In this document: positions 32,697-41,915 of the stretch, in pieces
Position numbering within the stretch: position 1 is the first letter of the stretch
Layout: the number at the start of each line of letters is the position of its first letter
NCBI GenBank assembly: GCA_963733915.1
Contig: CAVTEP010000011.1
Location: 106,388-170,387, forward strand
Direction: 5' to 3'
Source: Candidatus Sulfomarinibacteraceae bacterium
GTDB taxonomy: Bacteria > Acidobacteriota > Thermoanaerobaculia > Thermoanaerobaculales > Sulfomarinibacteraceae
DNA length: 64,000 nt
Position numbers and translations under genes: made by a program
The notes under the pieces: generated by a model
The model's database searches: none
What the model saw: the letters and a program-made list of their open reading frames with translations, nothing else
Told to the model about the DNA's origin: nothing

Positions 32697-33236
32697 TCAG
32701 ATCTTGCTGCCGTCCGCGCCGTACTCCTTGAGCACCGGTTCGAGCCCGGTCCAGAACTCGCCGTCGGCGACCGTCAACGTCGCCAGGTAGACCAGCGCTT
32801 GATGTCCCTCGGCGGCGGCGAGCTCTCGGGCCGCCTTCTCGACCTTGGCGGCATCCGGCCCCTCGAAATCGTCCGGCAGGTCGAGCGCACCGTCGTCATG
32901 GGGCAGGCCGACCGCATCCAGATAGCCACCCATCAGTGGCCGTCGCCCATCCATGTGGAGGTGGAAGAGGTACTGGAAGAGCACCGTCTCCGGGAGTTTT
33001 TCCGCCAGGCGAACGAGGCGGCCGGCAACTTTATCCGCCGACAGCTGGCGGACCGACTGCTGCCGGAACTTGAGGTCGGCGGCCAGGGCCATCTCGAGGG
33101 CGGACCGGCTCTCCTTGTCGGCGCCGTCCCAGAAGGCGACAGCAGCGGCCTTCTTTTCGTCATCGTCCATCAGGTCCCAGACCGCGTACGGCCCCCGCTC
33201 GTCGACCGCCTCAAAAAGCGTGAGTTGTTCGGCCAT
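32697..33236 (-). CDS. Hypothetical protein
   Basis: GGGAGG RBS before ATG 33236; high-GC3 codon usage; YLDAVGLPHDDG motif. Confidence 0.75.
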   Translation of the reverse strand: MAEQLTLFEAVDERGPYAVWDLMDDDEKKAAAVAFWDGADKESRSALEMALAADLKFRQQSVRQLSADKVAGRLVRLAEKLPETVLFQYLFHLHMDGRRPLMGGYLDAVGLPHDDGALDLPDDFEGPDAAKVEKAARELAAAEGHQALVYLATLTVADGEFWTGLEPVLKEYGADGSKI

Positions 33237-33277
33237 CAGCCACCTCCCACTCGCACGGACAGGATACCCCACTCCAC

Positions 33278-33323
33278 AACGTTCAAACGTTCCAACGTTC
33301 TAACGTCCAAACGTTCCAACGTC
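33278..33323. repeat. AACGTT-core 8-mer tandem array
   Basis: aacgttcaaacgttccaacgttctaacgtccaaacgttccaacgtc. Confidence 0.85.
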
Positions 33324-34401
33324 AAAACTTGAACTCGCCCCCATCGATCACGACGACCGATCGCCCGTCGGGATGGATGATCACGGCGCGTTCAACCTGC
33401 ACCGGGTTACCCTCGGCATACACGATGTCCTGATGGACCACCGTTTCCGGCCCCTCGAAGTCCTCCACCCCGACCACCCCGCCGAGGTGGTCGGAACGGC
33501 CGAATGCCCAGTGAAACCCGGCTTTCTCGTCCTCCAGCACCGAGCCGGTGACCTCGGCCCGGTCGTTGACCCCGAAGGCCACCTCGGCGATGTTGGCGCG
33601 CGCGGGATCGGTGTCGAAGAACGAAGAGTACCGCTCGGCCACCGGCCCCTCGCCCTCGACCACCGCCACGGTGTTGGCGACCACGTGAAACAGGACCAAC
33701 TCGTCGTCTTCGACCACCGGAATCGTACCGGCGGTATGGGTGGGAACGGCCTCGAACTCGCCTTCGTAGGGCACCATGAAGGTTTCACCCGAGGGCAGGT
33801 TGATGATCCGGTCGCCCTTCTTTCCTCGTGGAAGGTAGCCGTCGTCCATCTCCGGCTCGCGGTGTCTGAGGTCAAACCAGCAGCGGTGACCGGTTGAGAA
33901 CAGCACGTCGCACAGCGAGGCGCCCTCCATGGCATCGAAAATCGCCTTGCACCGCGCAGCCACCTTGGAGTAGTCCGCGGCCAGGGCGGTGCCCTCCATC
34001 CGCTCTTCGACACCCGGCATTGAGGCGGCGCGGAAATCCTCCTCGGAGGCAGCGATGTTGGCGAGCGGCGCGGTTGCCGAAAACTCGGTCATCGCGACCA
34101 CCAGGGTCGAAGCCCTGAGGGTTTCTTCGAGCTCGACCTCCTCGTCGCCGATTCTTGCCTTTGCCGGCAGGTCGGCGTTGTTGGCGCCGGTCGCCTGGAA
34201 TTCGAGCAGAGGTTGGACCGTGAAATCACGCTCGGCTGCGAGCTCGAGCATCGACCCGCGCCAGCGTTCCGCCATGGCGCGGCGGGCGCGCCAGCCCTCG
34301 TGGTCGGGAACCCCGGCGCTTGGCAAGTCGACAGCGAAGGTCACGACCTCGCCGGGCTGGGGATCGAAGACATCGGTCAGCAGTTTTTTCACGTCAAGCA
34401 T
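33322..34401 (-). CDS. M29-like (thermophilic metalloprotease) aminopeptidase
   Basis: NLPSGE, NIAEVAFGVN, LEDEK.GFHWAFG, HQD. Confidence 0.75.
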   Translation of the reverse strand: MLDVKKLLTDVFDPQPGEVVTFAVDLPSAGVPDHEGWRARRAMAERWRGSMLELAAERDFTVQPLLEFQATGANNADLPAKARIGDEEVELEETLRASTLVVAMTEFSATAPLANIAASEEDFRAASMPGVEERMEGTALAADYSKVAARCKAIFDAMEGASLCDVLFSTGHRCWFDLRHREPEMDDGYLPRGKKGDRIINLPSGETFMVPYEGEFEAVPTHTAGTIPVVEDDELVLFHVVANTVAVVEGEGPVAERYSSFFDTDPARANIAEVAFGVNDRAEVTGSVLEDEKAGFHWAFGRSDHLGGVVGVEDFEGPETVVHQDIVYAEGNPVQVERAVIIHPDGRSVVVIDGGEFKF

Positions 34402-34490
34402 GGATCGCCGCCTTTCGCCGTCGCACTCGTTCCGGAATTCTGGGAACCGCCGAATTGTACTCCCGCCCCGGCGGTATTATCCTGCGCCTC

Positions 34491-35423
34491 ATGACCAATA
34501 CCGAAATCACCGCCGCGGTTGTCGGAACCGGCCACCTCGGTCGCCATCACGTCCGTATCCTCGCCAATATGGATGGGGTGCGATGTATCGGCGCGTATGA
34601 CAACGACCACGAACGCCTGGCCCGAGTCACCGCCGAGCACGGGGTGCCTGCGCTGGGATCGATCTCGGAAGTAGGACGAGCCGATGCCGTCGTCGTCGCG
34701 ACTCCCACGGTGACTCACCGTGAGGTCGCGGGCGAACTGCTGGAAGCCGGGTGTCACGTGCTGGTTGAAAAGCCGATCGCGGCAACCGTCGTTGAGGCGG
34801 AGGAGCTTGTCGCCCTCGCCCGGACAAGGGGCAAGGTTCTCGCCGTCGGCCACGTCGAGTACCACAACCCGGCGGTTCAGGCGGCGCTCGATCTCGCCGG
34901 CGACGTCCGCTACCTCGAGTCGCAGCGACTCTCGCCCTTCACCGCGCGTTCGATCGACGTCGACGTGATCCTCGATCTGATGATCCACGACCTGCAGATC
35001 ACTTTCGCGGTCGCCGGTGAGTCACCGTCCGAAATCCGCGCCGTCGGCGTGCCGGTCCTGACCGACAAGGTCGATCTGTGTCACGCCTGGGTCGAGTTCC
35101 CGGGCGGTCTGGTCGCCAACCTCACCGCAAGCCGGGTGTCGGCCGAACGCATTCGCAAGCTCCGTCTCTTCGCCCGCGAGTCGTACTTTTCGATCGACTA
35201 CGCCGAGCAGAGCGTGTCTTCAGCCCAGCTCGTCCGCGGTCCCGAGGGCTTCGAGATCGCGCCCCGGATCGTCGACGTGGCGAAGAACGAGCCCCTCAAG
35301 GCGGAGCTGGAGGCCTTTGTCGGCGCCTGTCGAGGCGAGCCGGCGCCGATCGTCGACGGTCGAACCGGAGTCGCGGCGCTGGCCGCCGCGATCACGGTCC
35401 GCGAGTGCGTCGAGGCACGCTGA
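34491..35423 (+). CDS. Gfo/Idh/MocA oxidoreductase (GnnA-like)
   Basis: VVGTGHLG..H, VEKPI, VGHVE..NP, DVILDLMIHD. Confidence 0.88.
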   Translation: MTNTEITAAVVGTGHLGRHHVRILANMDGVRCIGAYDNDHERLARVTAEHGVPALGSISEVGRADAVVVATPTVTHREVAGELLEAGCHVLVEKPIAATVVEAEELVALARTRGKVLAVGHVEYHNPAVQAALDLAGDVRYLESQRLSPFTARSIDVDVILDLMIHDLQITFAVAGESPSEIRAVGVPVLTDKVDLCHAWVEFPGGLVANLTASRVSAERIRKLRLFARESYFSIDYAEQSVSSAQLVRGPEGFEIAPRIVDVAKNEPLKAELEAFVGACRGEPAPIVDGRTGVAALAAAITVRECVEAR

Positions 35424-36023
35424 GTTTTTTTCGTCGGAGTGATTGCCGGCAAGCTGGGCTCGTTCGACCGGCGGCAGATCGCGCCACGACGCCGCCAGCC
35501 AGCTGACCCCGTCGAGAAAGGCACGCGCCTTGTCGGTCTGGGGGCAGACTGACTTGACGAGCTTCCAAAACGCCGGCGAGTGGTCGTCATGCACCGCGTG
35601 GGCGAGCTCGTGGGCGACCACCGCCTCGAGAACCCACGGTGGCATCAGCCGGAGCGTGGCGTTGAGCCGGACGACGCCGCTCAGCGGGCTGAAGCTCCCC
35701 CAGCGGGCGCTCTGGGTCGTGACCCAGCGAACGTCGGTAACCCGCGGAGGATCTGGAAACCGCGCGGCAATCTTGCGGGCGATGACCTCGGCCCCGCCGT
35801 CGCCGTTGACCGCGTCCGCCCTGGTTCGACGCACCAGTCGTCGTGCGAGCTGCTCGATCGTTGCTTCGAGCTCGGCCTTCGAAACGCGGCGCGGCGCGCT
35901 GACCGAAAGCATCGAGCCGTTGAGGCGGGCATTGATGTTCTTGACCCGCTTGCGCACAATTTTCACCTGAAGCGCCACTCCGTCCACGATCAGGGTCTGC
36001 GAGTCGTCCGTCATGGCTTTCAT
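35220..36023 (-). CDS. YgjP/M48-like (DUF45) metallohydrolase
   Basis: RWGS, VVAHELAH, DHSPAFW; 3' end overlaps the convergent gene. Confidence 0.8.
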   Translation of the reverse strand: MKAMTDDSQTLIVDGVALQVKIVRKRVKNINARLNGSMLSVSAPRRVSKAELEATIEQLARRLVRRTRADAVNGDGGAEVIARKIAARFPDPPRVTDVRWVTTQSARWGSFSPLSGVVRLNATLRLMPPWVLEAVVAHELAHAVHDDHSPAFWKLVKSVCPQTDKARAFLDGVSWLAASWRDLPPVERAQLAGNHSDEKNSACLDALADRDRGGQRRDSGSTVDDRRRLASTGADKGLQLRLEGLVLRHVDDPGRDLEALGTADELG

Positions 36024-36103
36024 GCTACTCGAACCACGGCTTCCTTCGCTGTTACACTCGTCGCGGAGCAGCCTTGAGATCTCCAGAACCCCACGACCAT
36101 CGG

Positions 36104-38536
36104 ATGTGGGCACCGGGCGGGTATCGGCGTGTTCGCAGTGCGGCGACTCGGAGCCGCTTTGGAATCGGCGTTTTCGTGTTGGTATGGACCCTGGTCGCGG
36201 CCACACCGACTGTGTGGGCGGACTACTGGTACGAACACTACGCAAGGGCGGAGACGGCGCTCCAAAACGGCGACTGGGGCGCGGCGGTCGAGGAACTCCA
36301 ACAGGCGCTCGAGCGCAAGGGGGACTCCGGCGCGCGGGTGCGGTCCTACGGCATGAAGGTGATCGCCTACTTCCCCTACCTCAAGCTCGGTATCGCCTAC
36401 TACCACCTCGGACAACTCGACGCCGCCCTGCAGGCTTTTCAGACCGAAGAACAGCTGGGGGCCATCCAGGCATCGCGGTCCGATCTCGCCGAGCTCGAGC
36501 GCTATCGCCGCCTGGCCCTCGACGCCCGCGTCGAGGCGGCGGAAGCCGAGGGCGAACGCATCGCGCTGATCGTGCGCAAAAGCCTCCGCGACGCCGAGAT
36601 TCTCGAACGACAGGGCCGGCTGGCCGAGGCGATGGAGGCTCTCAGTGAGGGTCTCGCCGTCGATCCCGAGAATCCGGAAACCGTCGCCAAGATGACGGGG
36701 CTGCGGACCGAGGTCGTCCGGCGGGAACGCGAACGGCTCGACTCCACCCGGGCTGAGGAATTCATCAGACGCGGGAGGACCCGTCTTGATGAAGAGAACT
36801 ACGCCGAGGCGTCGAGCCTCTTCCGCCAGGCCATGGAGATCCGCCCGGGCCCCGAAGCCCAACGTCTCCTCGCGCTCGCGCAAGATGGACTCCTGGCAGA
36901 AATGCGGGCTGAAGAGGATGCCGAATCCAGGCAGGCGGCAATAGTCTCCGGCCTCAACCGGGCTCGCGATCTCGAATCGACCGGGCGGTTTGCCGACGCC
37001 CTCGATCGCCTGCAGCCGGTGCTCGCCGTTGATCCCCAGAATCGTGAGGCTTTGGCGCTCCAAAAACGGATCCTCGATTCTCAGCAGGATTCGGTGATTC
37101 GGGATTCGCTCGGAAAGGCTCTCGCGGAGGCCGAGGCCGAGTTCGCAGCGGGACGCTTCGAGCGCGCGATCTCGGCTGCGAACCGCGCGCTCGCCCTCGA
37201 CCCCGGCAACGCCAAAGCCCTCGAGCATGTTCGAGATTCTTACGGACAGATCAGCCGTCGTCTCCTCGGCTCGCGGACCGTTGAGAACATCCCACCGGCG
37301 ATTCGTTTTGCCGACTTCAGGATTGATCAGGACGACGGTACACGTGCGCAGATAGTGCGAAGCCCGGAGTTCAGGCTGAGCGGAGTCGTCATCGACACCT
37401 CGCCCGTTGAAGTGGAATTCCGGGGTCCGATCGATCGAAAGCTCGAGGGCACCAGTACGAGCCAGCCGGTGGGTGAGATTTACATCACGGAATTCAGTCT
37501 CGACGACAAGCTCGTCGATGGTCCGTCGACTTTTCAGCTGGTGGCGACCGACACGGCGGGACTGACGACGAGCTCCGAGTACATGGTGGTCTACGAGGCT
37601 CCCTTTTATCGGACACTTTGGTTCCAGCTGTCCGTCGCCCTATTTCCCATCGCCATTCTCGCCGGGGTTTGGGCCCGTCGTACACAGCGACGCCGTCAGC
37701 TCATGAGGCGTCGTTTCAACCCCTTTATCGCCGGCGCTCCGGTGCTCGACACCGAAATGTTCTTCGGCAGAGAACAGCTCGTTGAACGCATCCTCCAGAC
37801 AATTCACAACAACAGTCTCCTGCTCTACGGCGAGCGCCGGATTGGAAAGACGTCGCTTCAACATCATCTCAGAAGACGGCTCCTGCAGCTTGACGATCCC
37901 GTCTACCGGTTTTTCCCCGTCTACGTCGATCTCCAGGGGACCCCCGAGTCACAGTTTTTCGCGACTCTTGCGGAGGACGTCTTTCACGAGCTGGAGCTGC
38001 TTCTCGGCGGTATGCGGCCGGGAGAGGGGCTCGATCCGGAGTCGGCGTACGGCTACCGCGAACTGGTCCACGACCTTCGCCGGGTCATCAAGGCGCTCGA
38101 GGGGAGCAGCCCGAAGAAGGTCAAGCTGGTGTTGTTGATCGACGAGGTCGACGAGCTCAACGCCTATGACCCGAGGATCAACCAGCGGCTGCGGAGCCTG
38201 TTCATGAAGAGCTTTGCCGAACACCTCGTAGCGGTGGTGTCGGGGGTCGAGATCCGCAAGCAGTGGGACAAGGAAGGCAGCCCCTGGTACAACTTCTTCG
38301 AAGAGATCGAGGTCACCCCGATCGGGCATGACGATGCGGTCGAGCTTATCACCCGGCCAATCGGCAGCATATTCAAGCTCGACCAGGCGGTGGTCGACCG
38401 GATCATCGAGCTCTCTGAAAGCAAGCCATACCATTTACAGCGACTCTGCGTCGCGCTCGTCAACCGCATGTACGAGCAGGGAAGGCGGAAAATCACCTCC
38501 GCCGACGTGGACGCCGTCACCGGAAGCACCGCGTGA
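36104..38536 (+). CDS. TPR + beta domain + TM + C-terminal STAND-like P-loop ATPase (ATPase A); start uncertain
   Basis: N-terminal hydrophobic/signal segment, several TPRs, TM FQLSVALFPIAILAGVWA, then NPFIAG.PV..FFGRE, GERRIGKTS, LLIDEVD, KPYHLQ. Confidence 0.85.
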   Translation: MWAPGGYRRVRSAATRSRFGIGVFVLVWTLVAATPTVWADYWYEHYARAETALQNGDWGAAVEELQQALERKGDSGARVRSYGMKVIAYFPYLKLGIAYYHLGQLDAALQAFQTEEQLGAIQASRSDLAELERYRRLALDARVEAAEAEGERIALIVRKSLRDAEILERQGRLAEAMEALSEGLAVDPENPETVAKMTGLRTEVVRRERERLDSTRAEEFIRRGRTRLDEENYAEASSLFRQAMEIRPGPEAQRLLALAQDGLLAEMRAEEDAESRQAAIVSGLNRARDLESTGRFADALDRLQPVLAVDPQNREALALQKRILDSQQDSVIRDSLGKALAEAEAEFAAGRFERAISAANRALALDPGNAKALEHVRDSYGQISRRLLGSRTVENIPPAIRFADFRIDQDDGTRAQIVRSPEFRLSGVVIDTSPVEVEFRGPIDRKLEGTSTSQPVGEIYITEFSLDDKLVDGPSTFQLVATDTAGLTTSSEYMVVYEAPFYRTLWFQLSVALFPIAILAGVWARRTQRRRQLMRRRFNPFIAGAPVLDTEMFFGREQLVERILQTIHNNSLLLYGERRIGKTSLQHHLRRRLLQLDDPVYRFFPVYVDLQGTPESQFFATLAEDVFHELELLLGGMRPGEGLDPESAYGYRELVHDLRRVIKALEGSSPKKVKLVLLIDEVDELNAYDPRINQRLRSLFMKSFAEHLVAVVSGVEIRKQWDKEGSPWYNFFEEIEVTPIGHDDAVELITRPIGSIFKLDQAVVDRIIELSESKPYHLQRLCVALVNRMYEQGRRKITSADVDAVTGSTA

Positions 38537-40449
38537 CGGACGCCCGGGCCATCCCCTACGTCGTCGGTCAATGGGTCCGCGGCGAGCGGTTCTACGGACG
38601 CAACGCCCTGATCAGAGAGATCCTTGACGGTCCCCGCAACTCGCTCTGGGTGCTCGGCACACGCCGCATCGGCAAGACCTCGTTGCTCAAGCAGATCGAA
38701 CATCTCACGTCGTCGGAGGACCGTGGCTACGTCCCAGTTTTCTGGGACTTTCAAGGGGCCGAGGACTCCAAGGAGCTGGCCCTCACGTTCTCGGACGCAC
38801 TGCTCGACGCCGAGGAGCTTCTCGAATCCTCCGGTCTCGCGCTCGCCGAAATCGAATCTGACGATTTGTTCGCCAGCATGGCGAAGCTCCGCCGTACGCT
38901 TCGCAGTAGGGGCCATTCGCTGCTCTTGCTGTGCGACGAGGTCGAGGAGCTTCTCAACCTCCAACGCCGGGACCCGGCGCTGCTGCGCAAGCTTCGTCGC
39001 GCCATGCAGTCACAGGACGGTGTCCGCTCGGTGCTCACCTCGTCGATCCGCCTGTGTCAGCTCGCCGAGCAGCGGGATGACACCTCGCCCTTTCTCCATG
39101 GCTTCAGCCCACCGCTCTATATCAGTGGTCTCTCCTCACACGACGCATTCGCCCTCATTCGGCAGGAGCGGTTTCCATCAAAGTCGCGACCTGCAATCGA
39201 CGACGCGGTTGCATCCGAGATCTGTGGCCGTTGTGGCAACCACCCCTACCTGATTCAGCTGGTTTGCAAGCGTTTTCTCGAGCTCGACGACTTCGAGGAG
39301 GCCTGTCGGCAGGTCGCTACCGATCGCATGATTAACTACTTCTTTTCGGTCGATTTTGAAATGCTGTCCGCCACCGAGAAATCGATTCTCCGTCTGATTT
39401 CGGAACAGGGTACGGCGACCGACGAGTCGATTCATGCCGTGATTCAGGCCGACACCGCCGACCGTCACGATGCCCTGCATCGGCTCGAAAACCTCGGGAT
39501 CATCGGCCGTGACGACAATCAAAGCTTCGTGCTACCAAGCGTTTTTCTCCGTCGCTGGCTCGAAGATCTTGCTGTTACCCAACCACGACAACAAACGCCA
39601 CCCGAGTCGCTTCTCGAGGACCCAACGATCTCCGTTCGGACCATCGACAACCGCTACATCCTGCACGAGGAGATTGGCTCCGGCGCGACCGGCGTCGTCT
39701 ACAAAGCCCGCGATGCGCTCCTCGACACCTGGGTTGCCGTCAAGCTTCTCAAGCCCGAGTACACCGCCAACCGCAACACACTCGAGCGCGTCCGCCAGGA
39801 GATCGTCCTGTCCCGCGACATCGCCCACCCGAACATCCTCCGGGTCTATCACCTGGCTTCGTACGATGGCGGAACCTATATCACGATGCAGTGGATCAAG
39901 GGCGGGACGCTGGCGGATGTCATTGCGGAGCGCGGGGCGTTGCCGGCGCCAGAGGTCCTGAGACTTGCGACCAAGCTTTCGTCAGCACTGGCGGCGGCGC
40001 ACAGCCACGATATCCTCCATCGCGACATCAAACCCGGCAACATCCTGGTGGACGAAGAGGGCGAACCCTACCTCGCCGACTTCGGGCTCGCGCGCCTGAT
40101 TGGAGGGCGCGGCCTGACCCAGCACGGGGTCTTTGTCGGCACACCGCACTACTGCTCTCCGGAGCAGGTGGCCTTGAATGAGCTCGACGAACGTTCCGAC
40201 ATATACACTCTGGGACTGGTAATCTTCGAGATGGCCACCGGCCGACGGCCGTTCGAGGGCGAGACGGTGGCCGAAATCCTGGCCATGCAACGGAGCGCTC
40301 CGCCACCGGACCCGATGACGCTTACGCCCGAGATCCCCGGGGAGCTGGCAGCACTGACGCTGCGCTGCCTCGCCAAGGAACCTGAAGACCGGATTTCGCA
40401 CGCTGTGGACCTGGAAGCGGCACTGCACCGGATTGGCGAAGATCTGTGA
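38533..40449 (+). CDS. STAND-like ATPase (ATPase B) fused to a C-terminal Hanks-type Ser/Thr kinase
   Basis: PYVVGQWV..FYGR, GTRRIGKTS, LLCDEVE, GNHPYLIQ; kinase IGSGATGVVY, VAVK, HRDIKPGN, DFG, SPE. Confidence 0.9.
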   Translation: MTDARAIPYVVGQWVRGERFYGRNALIREILDGPRNSLWVLGTRRIGKTSLLKQIEHLTSSEDRGYVPVFWDFQGAEDSKELALTFSDALLDAEELLESSGLALAEIESDDLFASMAKLRRTLRSRGHSLLLLCDEVEELLNLQRRDPALLRKLRRAMQSQDGVRSVLTSSIRLCQLAEQRDDTSPFLHGFSPPLYISGLSSHDAFALIRQERFPSKSRPAIDDAVASEICGRCGNHPYLIQLVCKRFLELDDFEEACRQVATDRMINYFFSVDFEMLSATEKSILRLISEQGTATDESIHAVIQADTADRHDALHRLENLGIIGRDDNQSFVLPSVFLRRWLEDLAVTQPRQQTPPESLLEDPTISVRTIDNRYILHEEIGSGATGVVYKARDALLDTWVAVKLLKPEYTANRNTLERVRQEIVLSRDIAHPNILRVYHLASYDGGTYITMQWIKGGTLADVIAERGALPAPEVLRLATKLSSALAAAHSHDILHRDIKPGNILVDEEGEPYLADFGLARLIGGRGLTQHGVFVGTPHYCSPEQVALNELDERSDIYTLGLVIFEMATGRRPFEGETVAEILAMQRSAPPPDPMTLTPEIPGELAALTLRCLAKEPEDRISHAVDLEAALHRIGEDL

Positions 40450-40453
40450 TTCC

Positions 40454-41803
40454 TCAGAAGCTGTAGATCGCCGACAGGGCATATACGTCCGCGTTCTGCG
40501 AAAGGTCGGCGCCGAGATCGATCTGGAACGAACGGAAAGCGATTCCGACGCCCACGGTCCCGTGGAGGAGGTCTTTCCCCTGTTGATACAGCGCCCGGCT
40601 GAACGGATCGTCGCCGAGATAGCGGAATCTATGGTCAGGATCGTGCCAGACGCCGCCACGGATCGCAATCAGCGGTCTGGTTTTCAAGAAGACATACTCG
40701 GCACCGAGATGGACTTCATTTGCGTCGTCGATCGCCACCAACGACGTGTCCAGCAAAGGCGAGTTGAGTGTCTCACCGATGATCGAATATTCCACCCGAT
40801 CCCACTCGAAGCCGACGGTCAGGCCGCCGTCTGGCGATCGGTAGGCCAAACCCAGACCCCACACATCCGGAAACGCGATCGAGCGGTAGGTCACCGATTC
40901 GAGAATGGTGCCCTCCGGTGCCTCGTTCAATGGCCCGGCTCGGTTGTAGAGCTCGTAGCGGAAGCGCGGCCCCTGACGAAATACGCCACCGAAACGCCAA
41001 CTGTCGGCAAACTGCCACAGCACGCCAATATTGAAGCCCGCATCTGCATCGTCGACGACGAAACTGCTGGAGACCCAGTTGTGCTCGGGAAGGAACGAGT
41101 TTCGCTCCCAGGACGGGTCCGGATAGCTGTCGGCAGCATACGTCGCACCCTGGTTGTCGACCGTTCCGGAGAAGTAGGAAACTCCGAAGCCGAGGCTCAA
41201 TCGATCACTCATTCGATACGCTCCAGAAACGCCAGTTCCGACGATTTCAAGGTCGGTGAACGTCCATTGGTCTTCGTAACGCCTGGTCCCTCCCGTCGCG
41301 GTCAGACCGAAAAGGCCGTTGATTTCCGTCACGATGTAAAAATCGGCTAACTCGTGCCGGTACAGGGCGAGTGACCACCTCGCGCTCGGGTACACGAACG
41401 AGAGGAACGACACCCCAGATGTGGTTTGGTTCGAGGATGCGGTACGGATGCCGTCAACGGTGTCGACGCCGTTGCCAGTCGGCGCCCCCGATACCCGGCC
41501 CCCCAGCGTGAACGGAATCGAGTAGTCACGTCGGCGCAGCTCGACCGAAACCTCCGGCCGCAACAACTGAACCAGACCGGCCGGGTTGGCGAAGGCGGCG
41601 GTGGCGTCGTCGGCCAGAGCAACGAATGCGCCCCCCAAACCCATGCTCCGGGCGCCAGGATTGGAGAAGCTGAACTCAAGCGCCGGCGGCGCCTCCTGCG
41701 CCACCAAAGACCCAGGCAACAGCTGTGCCGCGGCGGCAGCAAAAATGAGCACGAAACATCGCGCCTCAGAACCACGGAGCAGATTCCGATCCGCGCGGCT
41801 CAT
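40454..41803 (-). CDS. FadL/OmpP1-like outer-membrane beta-barrel (copy 1)
   Basis: GARSMGLGGAFVALADDATAAFANPAGL hatch motif; C-terminal SAIYSF. Confidence 0.85.
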   Translation of the reverse strand: MSRADRNLLRGSEARCFVLIFAAAAAQLLPGSLVAQEAPPALEFSFSNPGARSMGLGGAFVALADDATAAFANPAGLVQLLRPEVSVELRRRDYSIPFTLGGRVSGAPTGNGVDTVDGIRTASSNQTTSGVSFLSFVYPSARWSLALYRHELADFYIVTEINGLFGLTATGGTRRYEDQWTFTDLEIVGTGVSGAYRMSDRLSLGFGVSYFSGTVDNQGATYAADSYPDPSWERNSFLPEHNWVSSSFVVDDADAGFNIGVLWQFADSWRFGGVFRQGPRFRYELYNRAGPLNEAPEGTILESVTYRSIAFPDVWGLGLAYRSPDGGLTVGFEWDRVEYSIIGETLNSPLLDTSLVAIDDANEVHLGAEYVFLKTRPLIAIRGGVWHDPDHRFRYLGDDPFSRALYQQGKDLLHGTVGVGIAFRSFQIDLGADLSQNADVYALSAIYSF

Positions 41804-41809
41804 AGATTG

Positions 41810-41870
41810 GATCGTAGCACGGGGAAAAGCCTCAACAGACCCTCATCACGACCTCAGGATTTCATCAAGC
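41810..41870. promoter_or_regulatory. Divergent promoter element: extended -10 on the minus strand plus three CCTCA repeats at 11-bp spacing
   Basis: GATCGTAGCACGGGG..; CCTCA at 41830, 41841, 41852; closely similar to 46075-46135. Confidence 0.7.
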
Positions 41871-41915
41871 GCCGTCCTCCCCAATGAGCCACATTCGAAG
41901 TCGGGGAGGATTGTC

